Assembly: GCA_963809485.1 (NCBI GenBank) | Contig: CAWEJX010000003.1 | Location: 1 to 24,273, forward strand | Source of the DNA: an uncultured Acidobacteriota bacterium | GTDB taxonomy: Bacteria > Acidobacteriota > UBA6911 | Reading direction: 5' to 3' | Length of the DNA stretch: 24,273 bases | In this document: piece by piece, positions 1 to 7,825 of the stretch | How positions within the stretch are numbered: position 1 is the first letter of the stretch | Layout of the letters: every line of letters starts with the position of its first letter | The notes under the pieces: model-generated | What the model saw: the letters and a program-made list of their open reading frames with translations, nothing else | The model's database searches: none | Told to the model about the DNA's origin: nothing | Program-made: the position numbers and the translations under genes

Positions 1-262
1 ATCGCTGTTTTGCCTGTTTGTGTCTTCGAGTCCTGGAGGTTTTGGTGTATACTGCAGCGCCGCGTTTAGCGGCGAATCTGCGGGCGAAGTTTAGGTTTAC
101 GGATCGCCGGGCTCATTAAGGAAGGGGATTGCTGAGCAAAAGGAGCAACGGGCGGCCGAAGTGGCGAAGAAGCCCGGCCGGGTAGTTAAATAGGTATGGG
201 ATAAATAATGATATCGGGTTTGATTTCCAAGTTCCTTTTTCCTGCAATCTATCAGCATTATT

Positions 263-296
263 AGTTTTATAAGTTTTATAGAGTTAACAGCCAGTT
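263..296. promoter_or_regulatory. Tandem direct repeat AGTTTTATA x2 plus roughly phased AGTT motifs; possible transcription-factor site upstream of the hdr operon
   Basis: AGTTTTATA at 263-271 and 272-280; AGTT recurs at 263, 272, 282 and 293 in an AT-rich stretch just upstream of a candidate promoter. Confidence 0.3.
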
Positions 297-297
297 C

Positions 298-325
298 TTC
301 ATATTCGTCATAAATATGGTATCAT
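298..325 (+). promoter_or_regulatory. Candidate sigma70 promoter (extended -10) for the hdrCBA-mvhD-metVF operon
   Basis: TG-g-TATCAT at 317-325; weak -35 TTCATA at 298-303; about 95 nt upstream of the hdrC ATG. Confidence 0.4.
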
Positions 326-419
326 TTTAAGGGATACGGTGCTGCCGGAAGAGGACGTTTTCAGTGTCTCGACCGGTTAAGGGATGGGCTAATTTGCCCT
401 GCCGGGAAATGGAGTAGCG

Positions 420-977
420 ATGGACCAAAGCGCGCAGGCAATCAAAACGAATCAATCTCTCCTGAATGAAATTTATAAGGTCAGCGGAGAAAAGATTCAA
501 AACTGTTATCAGTGCCAGAAGTGTTCAGCAGGGTGTCCCGTTAATTTTGCCATGGACATCCTCCCCAACCAGATGTTCCGTCACATTCAATACAACAACC
601 GGGACAAGGTGCTTTCATCGAAAACCATTTGGCTGTGCGCTTCCTGCCACACCTGCAGCGTCCGGTGCCCCAACAGCATCGACATCGCCAAAGTTATGGA
701 TACCTTGAGAGAGATATCCGCCCGATCCGGCATGGCTCCAGGAGAAAAGAAGATCTCGCTGTTCCACAAGTTCTTTCTGGGGCTCACGAAATACACGGGC
801 CGCACCTGGGAACCCGGCATGGGGATTTACGTCATGCAGACCGGAGGTTTGGGCGGGATGATGGGATGGACGATGAAAATGTTTTTAAAGGGTAAAATCA
901 GTCTTTTGCCGACATTCAAAGGCGGAAGGCAATTCAGAAAGCTGTTCAGCACTGTGGGAAAAGGAGGCGATCAATGA
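420..977 (+). CDS. hdrC: Heterodisulfide reductase-like subunit C (2x[4Fe-4S])
   Basis: CYQCQKCSAGCP and WLCASCHTCSVRCP motifs typical of HdrC; GGAG RBS at 411-414; ATGA overlap with hdrB. Confidence 0.93.
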   Translation: MDQSAQAIKTNQSLLNEIYKVSGEKIQNCYQCQKCSAGCPVNFAMDILPNQMFRHIQYNNRDKVLSSKTIWLCASCHTCSVRCPNSIDIAKVMDTLREISARSGMAPGEKKISLFHKFFLGLTKYTGRTWEPGMGIYVMQTGGLGGMMGWTMKMFLKGKISLLPTFKGGRQFRKLFSTVGKGGDQ

Positions 978-1825
978 AAGAATTCTCCTATTTCCCCGGC
1001 TGTTCGCTTCACGGCACATCCAGGGAGTTTGACGAGTCCATCCGAGGCGTTCTGGACCTCCTCGATATAAAGATTCACGAACTGGAAGACTGGACATGCT
1101 GCGGCGCCACTTCCGCCCATTCGCTGGACGAAAAACTGGCTACCGAAATGCCTGCCCGGAATCTGGCAATCGCTGAAAAAAGCGACCGCGAACTGTTGGT
1201 GCCCTGCGCAAGCTGTTACAGCCGCTTCAAGACAGCCGAATACGAAGTGAAAGAGCACGGCAAGAAGGTAAGCTTCCCTTATCAGGGAAAGGTGCCCATC
1301 CGGTTCGCCCTGGATTACCTGTGCGACAAGCCGATCCTGGAAGAGCTGAAGAAAAAGATGGTGAAGCCGCTCGCGGGTCTCAAGGCTGTTTGTTACTACG
1401 GATGTCTTCCTGTCCGGCCTCCAAAAATCACCGGGATCAAGGATTATGAAAATCCCATGCACATGGACAAGCTTCTGAAGCAGCTGGGCATCGAGCCGAT
1501 TCAATGGTCCTACAAAACCGACTGTTGCGGAGCCAGCCTGATGGTTACGCGCATCGATATTTTCAAACAAATGACCGGCAAGATCCTTGCAAAAGCGAAA
1601 GAAACCGGGGCGGACTGCGTGGTTGTCGGCTGCTCCATGTGCCAGATGAATCTGGACACTCGCCAGGAAGACATCGAGAAGGATCTGGGAAAGAAATTCG
1701 ATCTCCCTATTCTCTACTATACCGAACTGATGGGACTGGCCATGGGCCACCGGGAGACCGGCAAATGGTTCAAACGCCATTTCAAGGATCCCATCCCGAT
1801 GTTGAGCGCAAAAGGATTGATGTAA
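974..1825 (+). CDS. hdrB: Heterodisulfide reductase-like subunit B (two CCG domains)
   Basis: YFPGCS, WTCCGA, PCASC, YYGC, DCCGAS and GCSMCQMNLD motifs; AAGGAGG RBS at 961-967. Confidence 0.95.
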   Translation: MKEFSYFPGCSLHGTSREFDESIRGVLDLLDIKIHELEDWTCCGATSAHSLDEKLATEMPARNLAIAEKSDRELLVPCASCYSRFKTAEYEVKEHGKKVSFPYQGKVPIRFALDYLCDKPILEELKKKMVKPLAGLKAVCYYGCLPVRPPKITGIKDYENPMHMDKLLKQLGIEPIQWSYKTDCCGASLMVTRIDIFKQMTGKILAKAKETGADCVVVGCSMCQMNLDTRQEDIEKDLGKKFDLPILYYTELMGLAMGHRETGKWFKRHFKDPIPMLSAKGLM

Positions 1826-1827
1826 TC

Positions 1828-1908
1828 AGAGTTCCGAGTTTCCAGTTCCCAGTTTCCAGTTAAAAGGCCAAAGGCAAAACTGGGAACTGGAAACTGAGAA
1901 CTCGGAAC
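1828..1908. repeat. Intergenic palindrome of heptamer tandem units (AGTTYCC family), copy 1
   Basis: Left arm AGTTCCG-AGTTTCC-AGTTCCC-AGTTTCC-AGTT (1830-1861); right arm AAACT-GGGAACT-GGAAACT-GAGAACT-CGGAAC (1877-1908); 19-bp perfect complement 1837-1855/1877-1895. Confidence 0.9.
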
Positions 1909-1919
1909 GGAGGGGTAGT

Positions 1920-4900
1920 ATGGCTGATAAGGTTGGGGCCGTAATGGTTATTGGCGGCGGGATTGCAGGGATCCAGTCATCGCTGGATTTGGCGGAATCC
2001 GGCTATTACGTCTATATGGTGGAGACATCTCCCGCCATCGGCGGAGTGATGGCGCAGCTTGACAAGACCTTCCCTACCAATGATTGCGCCATGTGCATAG
2101 TCTCGCCGAAACTGGTGGAAGCGGGCTGCAATCTGAACATTAACATATTGACGGCCTCTGACGTGGAAAGCGTTTCGGGTGAGCCGGGGAATTTCACCGT
2201 TCGCGTCCGCAAACGCGCCCGTTTTGTGGACCTCCAGAAATGTACGGCTTGCGGCGATTGCGCCACCGTTTGCCCTATCGCGCGCCCCAATGAATTCAAT
2301 GCCCTGCTCAACACCCGCAAGGCCATTTATAAGAGATATCCGCAGGCAATACCCAACGCATACGCCATTGAAAAGCGCGGCGAAGCTCCCTGCCGGAACG
2401 CATGCCCCATCGAGCAGCGGGCGATGGGTTATATAGCGCTGATTCGCGAGAAGCGTTTCGCGGATGCCTACCGGACCATTAAGGAAGACAATCCCTTCCC
2501 CTCTGTTTGCGGCCGTGTCTGCAATCATAAATGCGAGGAAGCCTGCACCCGCGGCGAAAACGGGCACGAGGCCGTTAACATCATGCACCTGAAGCGCTTC
2601 GTGACCGATTGGGCATTTGCCCATCCCGAAGAGGTTCAGAAAGCCTATGCGGCAGGCATTCAAAAATCCCCGGACGCCACAGGACTGGGCAAGAGGGTGG
2701 CCATTATCGGCGCCGGGCCGGCGGGCATGACGGCAGCCAACGACCTGATCGCCAAAAACTTCGAAGTAACCGTATTCGAAGCCTTGCCGGTACCCGGCGG
2801 GATGATGCGGGTAGGCATTCCGGAGTACCGGATGCCTTACGATCTGGTTCAGAAGGAAATCGATGAAATAACCGCCAGCGGTGTCGAGCTGAAGCTCAAT
2901 ACCCGGGTGGACGATGCCGTTGGGTTGCTCGGCGAGTATCAGGCAGTTTTTGTGGCAACCGGCGCTCATGTCGGCATCAAAACAGGCATCCCCGGAAATG
3001 ACCTTCCGGATGTCCATGTCGCAACCGACTTCCTTCGGGCCGTGAGTCTCAGGAACGGGGATGTCAGACCGCCCGATGTCAAGGGCAAGCGCGTCCTGGT
3101 TCTGGGCGGAGGCAATGTCGCGGTAGATGCAGCCATGTCCTCGGTCAGGCTGGGAGCAAGCTGGGTGGGAATGACCTGCCTCGAGGGCGAGGGAAAAATG
3201 CTCGCCCATGACTGGGAGGTCCGCGATTGCCGCGAAGAGGGGATCGACGTAATGCCCGGCAGGAACTTCCTGGAAATCACAAACAAGGACGGGAAGGTAA
3301 CCGGGGTTAAAACCGTGAATGTGAATTTCCGCGGTTTCGCCGACGGGAAACTGGACATGGACGTTCTTAAAGGAACCGAGACCGTCATTCCCTGCGATCT
3401 CGTGATTTACGCCATCAGTCAACGGCCGGATACAGCCCCTTTGAAGGACAAGGTCGAGACGGCGCGGGGCAGGATTGCGGTGGACAAAAACACGCTCGCG
3501 ACCAACGTTCCGGGCATTTTTGCCGGCGGCGATGCCGTAACCGGCACAACATGGGTAGTCGAAGCCATCGAGGCGGGACACAGGGCAGCCGGATCGATCG
3601 CGGCGTTTTTAAAGGAAGAAACAACGAAAGCATGGCCTCCGGTAGTGCCGGTTCTTGAGAGATTGCCCGAATCAAAAATTGATCCCGAACAGAAGGAACA
3701 ACTGGTGGAAGTCTCGTCGCAGGCTTCCCGTTTTGAGCCTTCGAAACGTTCGGCTTCGGAGCGCAAGCACGACTTCAACGAAGTTGAAGCAGCGCTCACC
3801 GAAGAGGAAGTGGTCGAAGCAGCCAAGCGGTGCCTTGAATGCGGAATCTGCTCGGAATGCAACCAGTGCGTGTATGCGTGCCGCGCAGGCGCGGTGAATC
3901 ACGACGACCGCGACGAGGTGGTGGACCTGAAAGTCGGCGCCGTCCTGCTTACCCCGGGCTTCAAGACCGTGGATGGCAACGTCCGGCCGGAACTGGGCTA
4001 CGGACAGTACCCCAACGTTGTCACCAGCCTCGAATTCGAACGAATCCTGAGCGCCAGCGGTCCCTACGGGGGCACCGTCCAGCGCATATCCGACGGCAAG
4101 CATCCGAAAAAGATCGCCTTTATTCAGTGCGTGGGAAGCCGGGACACTTCCTGCGGCAACGACTACTGCTCTTCCGTCTGCTGCATGTACGCCACCAAGG
4201 AAGCCGTCATCGCGCGCGAGCACGACAACAGCATCGAGCCCACGATCTTCTACATGGACATCCGGGCTTTCGGCAAAAATTTCGAAACCTATTATGAACG
4301 GGCCAAATCCGAATCCGGTGTGCGTTATGTGAAGTGCGCCGTTTCGAAGGTTCGCGAAGACTTCAGCACCAAGAACCTGGTGATTACGTATATCGACGAG
4401 GCCGGAAAGATCGTCGAAGAAGAATTCGATATGGTCGTTCTCTCCGTCGGTCTCGAGCCGGCCAAACAGACGGTTGAGATGGCCAAGCGGCTCGGCGTCG
4501 ATGTGGACAAGTACGGGTTCGCAAAAACGGCAAGCTTTGAGCCGCATGCGACTTCGAGGGACGGCGTCTATGTCTGCGGCGTCTACCAGGGCCCGAAGGA
4601 TATCCCCGAAACGGTGGCCCAGGCCAGCGGAGCAGCCGCCGATGCCATGGCACCTCTCGCCATGGCGCGCGGAACGATGACCGTGAAAAAGGAATACCCG
4701 CCCGAAGTCGACGTCAAGGACCAGGAACCCCGCATCGGCGTATTCGTCTGCAACTGCGGCATCAATATCGGCGGCGTCGTCAATGTTCCGAAGGTTAGAG
4801 ATTACGCGAGAACGCTCAGGAATGTCGTTCACGTCGAAGACAACCTTTACACTTGTTCCCAGGACACTCAAGCAAAAATGCGCGAGGGGATCAAGGAGCA

Positions 4901-6419
4901 TAACCTCAACAGAGTTATCGTGGCCTCCTGCTCCCCCAGGACGCACGAACCGTTGTTCCGGGAGACCGTGCGGCAGGCCGGCCTGAACAAGTACCTGTTC
5001 GAAATGGCGAACATCCGCGATCAGTGCTCGTGGGTTCACATGAAGCAGAAGACGGAAGCAACGGAAAAGGCGGAAGACCTCGTCCGCATGGCGGTAGCCA
5101 ATGCGCGAATGATCCAGCCGCTGGGGGAACACGAGGTGGCTGTCACCCAAAAAGCGATCGTCATCGGGGGCGGCATCGCCGGAATGACGTCCGCTTTGAA
5201 GATCGCCGACCAGGGGTATGAAGTGTATCTGCTTGAAAAAGAAGACCGGCTCGGCGGCAACCTTTGGAACCTCCACTACACTCTTGACGGACAGGACGTC
5301 CGGGCGTTGCTCCAGAGCACCATCGAGCGGGTCAAAAATCATCCGCTGATCCGCGTCCTGTTCAACGCCAGCGTCGTCGATTCGGGCGGGGCCAAGGGCA
5401 ACTTCACGACCGGCGTAAAGTCCGGACCGAACGGCGAGTATCAGAAAATCGATCACGGCGTCGTCGTGGTGGCTACCGGGGCGCAGGAAGCCAGGCCGAC
5501 CGAATTTCTCTACGGCGAGGATCCGCGCATCGTCACCCAGCTCGAACTGGAAAACAAGATCGTCGGCAAGTCGGATGTCGTCGCGAAAGCGAAAAAGGTC
5601 GTGATGATTCAGTGCGTGGGCTCCAGAAACGCGGAGCGGCCGAACTGCAGCCGAACCTGCTGCGCCACGGCCGTCAAAAACGCGCTGAAGCTCAAGGAGC
5701 TCAATCCTGAAACGGAAATTACGGTTCTCTACAGGGATGTGCGGACATACGGGCTGGCGGAACCCTATTATGCCAAGGCGCGGGAAAAGGGAGTTTTGTT
5801 TGTCCGCTATGAGCCCGAAGAGAAGCCGGAAGTGAAGAAGGATGGCCAAAAGCTGACGGTTTCTTTTCAGGACAAGATCATCCGGGAGCGGATAGAAATC
5901 GCGCCGGATCTGCTCGTCCTTTCCGCCGCAACCCATGCGCGGAATAACGACGAAGTCGCTTCAGTTCTCAAGATTCAGCGAACGCTGGAGGGCTTCTTCC
6001 TGGAAGCGCACATGAAACTACGGCCAGTGGATCTGGCTACGGACGGCATGTATCTTGCGGGCGGCGCGCATGGCCCGAAACTGATCACCGAAACGATTTC
6101 CCAGGCAAGCGCTGCGGCAGCCCGCGCCTGCACCATCCTTTCGAAAGAAAAGATGATGGTCGGCGGAGTCATAGCGGTGGTGGACGGAGAAAACTGCGCA
6201 GCCTGCCTGACGTGTGTTCGAGTGTGCCCCTACGATGTGCCCGTGATCAACATCAAGGGTGAAGCGGAAATCGATCCGGCGAAGTGTCATGGCTGCGGCA
6301 GCTGCTCCGCCGAATGCCCGGCCATGGCCATCGAGCTCATGCACTTCAGGGAGCCTCAACTCTGGGCAAAGGCTGGCGCCTTGACCCATGAAGCCGCCCC
6401 GACGAATGCAGTGATGTGA
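1920..6419 (+). CDS. hdrA: Large HdrA/HdrL-type flavoprotein: HdrA module with an inserted GltD-like Fe-S/FAD/NAD(P) oxidoreductase, a second HdrA module and a C-terminal ferredoxin domain
   Basis: Two GGGIAG FAD motifs; two QCVGSR...CSxxCC HdrA motifs; GltD-like CRNACP...CGRVCNHKC, GAGPAG and GGGNVA; CNCG/SCSPRTH segment; C-terminal CAACLTCVRVC and CHGCGSCSAEC; RBS GGAGGGG at 1909-1915. Confidence 0.92.
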   Translation: MADKVGAVMVIGGGIAGIQSSLDLAESGYYVYMVETSPAIGGVMAQLDKTFPTNDCAMCIVSPKLVEAGCNLNINILTASDVESVSGEPGNFTVRVRKRARFVDLQKCTACGDCATVCPIARPNEFNALLNTRKAIYKRYPQAIPNAYAIEKRGEAPCRNACPIEQRAMGYIALIREKRFADAYRTIKEDNPFPSVCGRVCNHKCEEACTRGENGHEAVNIMHLKRFVTDWAFAHPEEVQKAYAAGIQKSPDATGLGKRVAIIGAGPAGMTAANDLIAKNFEVTVFEALPVPGGMMRVGIPEYRMPYDLVQKEIDEITASGVELKLNTRVDDAVGLLGEYQAVFVATGAHVGIKTGIPGNDLPDVHVATDFLRAVSLRNGDVRPPDVKGKRVLVLGGGNVAVDAAMSSVRLGASWVGMTCLEGEGKMLAHDWEVRDCREEGIDVMPGRNFLEITNKDGKVTGVKTVNVNFRGFADGKLDMDVLKGTETVIPCDLVIYAISQRPDTAPLKDKVETARGRIAVDKNTLATNVPGIFAGGDAVTGTTWVVEAIEAGHRAAGSIAAFLKEETTKAWPPVVPVLERLPESKIDPEQKEQLVEVSSQASRFEPSKRSASERKHDFNEVEAALTEEEVVEAAKRCLECGICSECNQCVYACRAGAVNHDDRDEVVDLKVGAVLLTPGFKTVDGNVRPELGYGQYPNVVTSLEFERILSASGPYGGTVQRISDGKHPKKIAFIQCVGSRDTSCGNDYCSSVCCMYATKEAVIAREHDNSIEPTIFYMDIRAFGKNFETYYERAKSESGVRYVKCAVSKVREDFSTKNLVITYIDEAGKIVEEEFDMVVLSVGLEPAKQTVEMAKRLGVDVDKYGFAKTASFEPHATSRDGVYVCGVYQGPKDIPETVAQASGAAADAMAPLAMARGTMTVKKEYPPEVDVKDQEPRIGVFVCNCGINIGGVVNVPKVRDYARTLRNVVHVEDNLYTCSQDTQAKMREGIKEHNLNRVIVASCSPRTHEPLFRETVRQAGLNKYLFEMANIRDQCSWVHMKQKTEATEKAEDLVRMAVANARMIQPLGEHEVAVTQKAIVIGGGIAGMTSALKIADQGYEVYLLEKEDRLGGNLWNLHYTLDGQDVRALLQSTIERVKNHPLIRVLFNASVVDSGGAKGNFTTGVKSGPNGEYQKIDHGVVVVATGAQEARPTEFLYGEDPRIVTQLELENKIVGKSDVVAKAKKVVMIQCVGSRNAERPNCSRTCCATAVKNALKLKELNPETEITVLYRDVRTYGLAEPYYAKAREKGVLFVRYEPEEKPEVKKDGQKLTVSFQDKIIRERIEIAPDLLVLSAATHARNNDEVASVLKIQRTLEGFFLEAHMKLRPVDLATDGMYLAGGAHGPKLITETISQASAAAARACTILSKEKMMVGGVIAVVDGENCAACLTCVRVCPYDVPVINIKGEAEIDPAKCHGCGSCSAECPAMAIELMHFREPQLWAKAGALTHEAAPTNAVM

Positions 6420-6422
6420 AAT

Positions 6423-6469
6423 TGGGAGTGCCGGTCTTTTTCCATACGCTGACGGGCCGGCGTTTCCCA
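6423..6469 (+). other. Non-periodic stem-loop between hdrA and mvhD
   Basis: TGGGA (6423-6427) pairs with TCCCA (6465-6469) and GCCGGTC (6430-6436) with GGCCGGC (6455-6461); ends just before the mvhD RBS. Confidence 0.45.
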
Positions 6470-6483
6470 TGAAGGAGATTGGG

Positions 6484-6954
6484 ATGGAAGCGACACAACA
6501 GTCGGTGCAGGAAAATGTTCAACCGGCCGGTTTCGAACCGGAAATTCTGGCTTTCTGCTGCGAGTTCTGAGCTTACAGCGCTGCGGACCTGGCAGGTTCG
6601 ATGAGGCTCAATTACCCGACATTCATCAAAATCATAAAGGTGCCCTGCACGGGAAGAGTGGACGTACTGACCCTCCTCAAGGCTTTTGAATCCGGCGTCG
6701 ACGGAGTCTATGTCGCGGGATGCATGGAGGGAGAGTGCCATTTCCTTAAGGGCAATCTCCGGGCCAGAAGGAGAGTGAACTACGCCAAAACGCTCCTCAA
6801 GGAAGTGGGGATAGAACCGGAGCGGCTGGAAATGTACAACCTGAGTGCCGCCCAGGGCCAGAAGTTCGCGGCCATCGCCAACGAAATGGCGGACAAGATC
6901 CGCGCCCTGGGCCCCAGCCCGGTAAAAAAAGCAAAGGACGCATTCAAGGCATGA
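6484..6954 (+). CDS. mvhD: MvhD-family [2Fe-2S] subunit, selenoprotein (Sec29 at TGA 6568-6570), 156 aa
   Basis: ATG 6484 follows AAGGAG (6472-6477) and is in frame with the 6601 ORF. It reads MEATQQ...FEPEILAFCCEF-TGA-AYSAADLAGSMRLNYP, matching the MvhD pattern FxCxxCxYxxADLAG with TGA at the Cys position. VPCTGRVD and AGCMEGECH follow. Confidence 0.92.
6568..6610 (+). promoter_or_regulatory. Bacterial SECIS-like hairpin
   Basis: Upper stem CGGACCT (6584-6590)/AGGTTCG (6594-6600) with a G-first loop GGC about 20 nt after the UGA; lower stem TGAGCTT (6568-6574)/AGGCTCA (6604-6610). Confidence 0.7.
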
Positions 6955-6957
6955 AAT

Positions 6958-7035
6958 AGAGTTCCCAGTTTCCAGTTCCCAGTTTCCAGTTGAACGATTC
7001 CAAACTGGGAACTGGAAACTCGGAACTGGAAACTC
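6958..7035. repeat. Intergenic palindrome of heptamer tandem units (AGTTYCC family), copy 2
   Basis: Left arm (AGTTCCC-AGTTTCC)x2-AGTT at 6960-6991; spacer GAACGATTCC; right arm AAACT-GGGAACT-GGAAACT-CGGAACT-GGAAACT at 7002-7034. Positions 6958-6991 match 1828-1861 at 33 of 34 nt. Confidence 0.9.
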
Positions 7036-7055
7036 GATGGATTTTGGAGGAAGCA

Positions 7056-7727
7056 ATGATAGTAGGAAACAGGAAGTCGCTGGAAGAGATCCTGCAAATG
7101 GTAAAACCCTATAAGAAGATTTTGCTTCTGGGCTGCAGAGAATGCATTACCGTCTGCGCGGCAGGAGGAGAGCGGGAAGTTGCGGTATTGGCTTCGGAAC
7201 TGAATATGTCCCGGGCGAAAGACGGCCAGGAAATCGATATCAAGGAATTCACCCTGGAACGCCAGTGTGATTTCGAGTATATCGATCAGATCAAGCCGTT
7301 TGTGGACGAATATGAGGCGATCGTTTCCATGGCGTGCGGGGCGGGAATCCAGTATACGGCCGAACGGTTTCCGAAAAAGATCGTTCTTCCCGCGATCAAC
7401 ACCACTTTTCTCGGCGTGACGCTGGAGCAGGGATTGTGGAGCGAACGGTGCCAGGGCTGCGGCGAGTGCATCCTGCATCTGACCGGGGGAGTGTGCCCGG
7501 TGGCGCGTTGCGCGAAGAGCCTTTTCAACGGTCCCTGCGGCGGATCCGCGAACGGCAAGTGCGAAGTGAACAAGGACACCAACTGCGCCTGGCAGCTGAT
7601 CATCGACCGGCTGAAAGAACTGGGCCAACTGGACCGCTACGAGGAAGTGATTCCTGTAAAAGACTGGTCGACATCGAGGGATGGCGGACCGCGCACTAGA
7701 GTTAGAGAGGATCTGAAGTTATCCTAG
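7056..7727 (+). CDS. metV: Methylene-THF reductase accessory Fe-S subunit MetV, 223 aa
   Basis: GCRECITVC, RQCD, ACGAG and the Cys-rich CQGCGEC...CPVARCAKSLFNGPCGG...KCEV...CAW; start set at ATG 7056 after GGAGG (7046-7050); adjacent to metF. Confidence 0.9.
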   Translation: MIVGNRKSLEEILQMVKPYKKILLLGCRECITVCAAGGEREVAVLASELNMSRAKDGQEIDIKEFTLERQCDFEYIDQIKPFVDEYEAIVSMACGAGIQYTAERFPKKIVLPAINTTFLGVTLEQGLWSERCQGCGECILHLTGGVCPVARCAKSLFNGPCGGSANGKCEVNKDTNCAWQLIIDRLKELGQLDRYEEVIPVKDWSTSRDGGPRTRVREDLKLS

Positions 7728-7743
7728 GAAGACAGCACTTATG

Positions 7744-7804
7744 GATTGACGATTGACGATGTGGCATGTTTTCAATCGTCAATCGTAAATCGTCAATCGT
7801 AAAT
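7744..7804. repeat. Intergenic palindrome of heptamer units (GATTGAC / AATCGTM family)
   Basis: GATTGAC-GATTGAC-GAT at 7744-7760; AATCGTC-AATCGTA-AATCGTC-AATCGTA at 7774-7801; 13-bp perfect complement 7744-7756/7772-7784. Confidence 0.85.
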
Positions 7805-7825
7805 TGTTAAGGGGGATTTGAGGCG

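Noticed and set aside
320-419. SAM, THF or cobalamin riboswitch in the hdrC leader (TTAAGGGAT occurs twice)
   Set aside because: I could not match the conserved cores of these families by eye; an Rfam cmscan would settle it.
1977-5936. Long antisense ORFs (534 aa and 754 aa) opposite hdrA, and similar ones opposite hdrB, metV, metF and the receptor
   Set aside because: They are shadow frames of GC-biased coding sequence with no recognisable motifs and overlap well-supported genes.
6601-6954. 117-aa mvhD starting at 6601, or an mvhD pseudogene
   Set aside because: It would lack the conserved N-terminal Cys motif; Sec read-through from 6484 explains the sequence better.
6990-7055. N-terminal extension of metV given in the ORF track (MNDSKLGTGNSELETR...)
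   Set aside because: It is a translation of the heptamer repeat arm; ATG 7056 has a proper GGAGG RBS.
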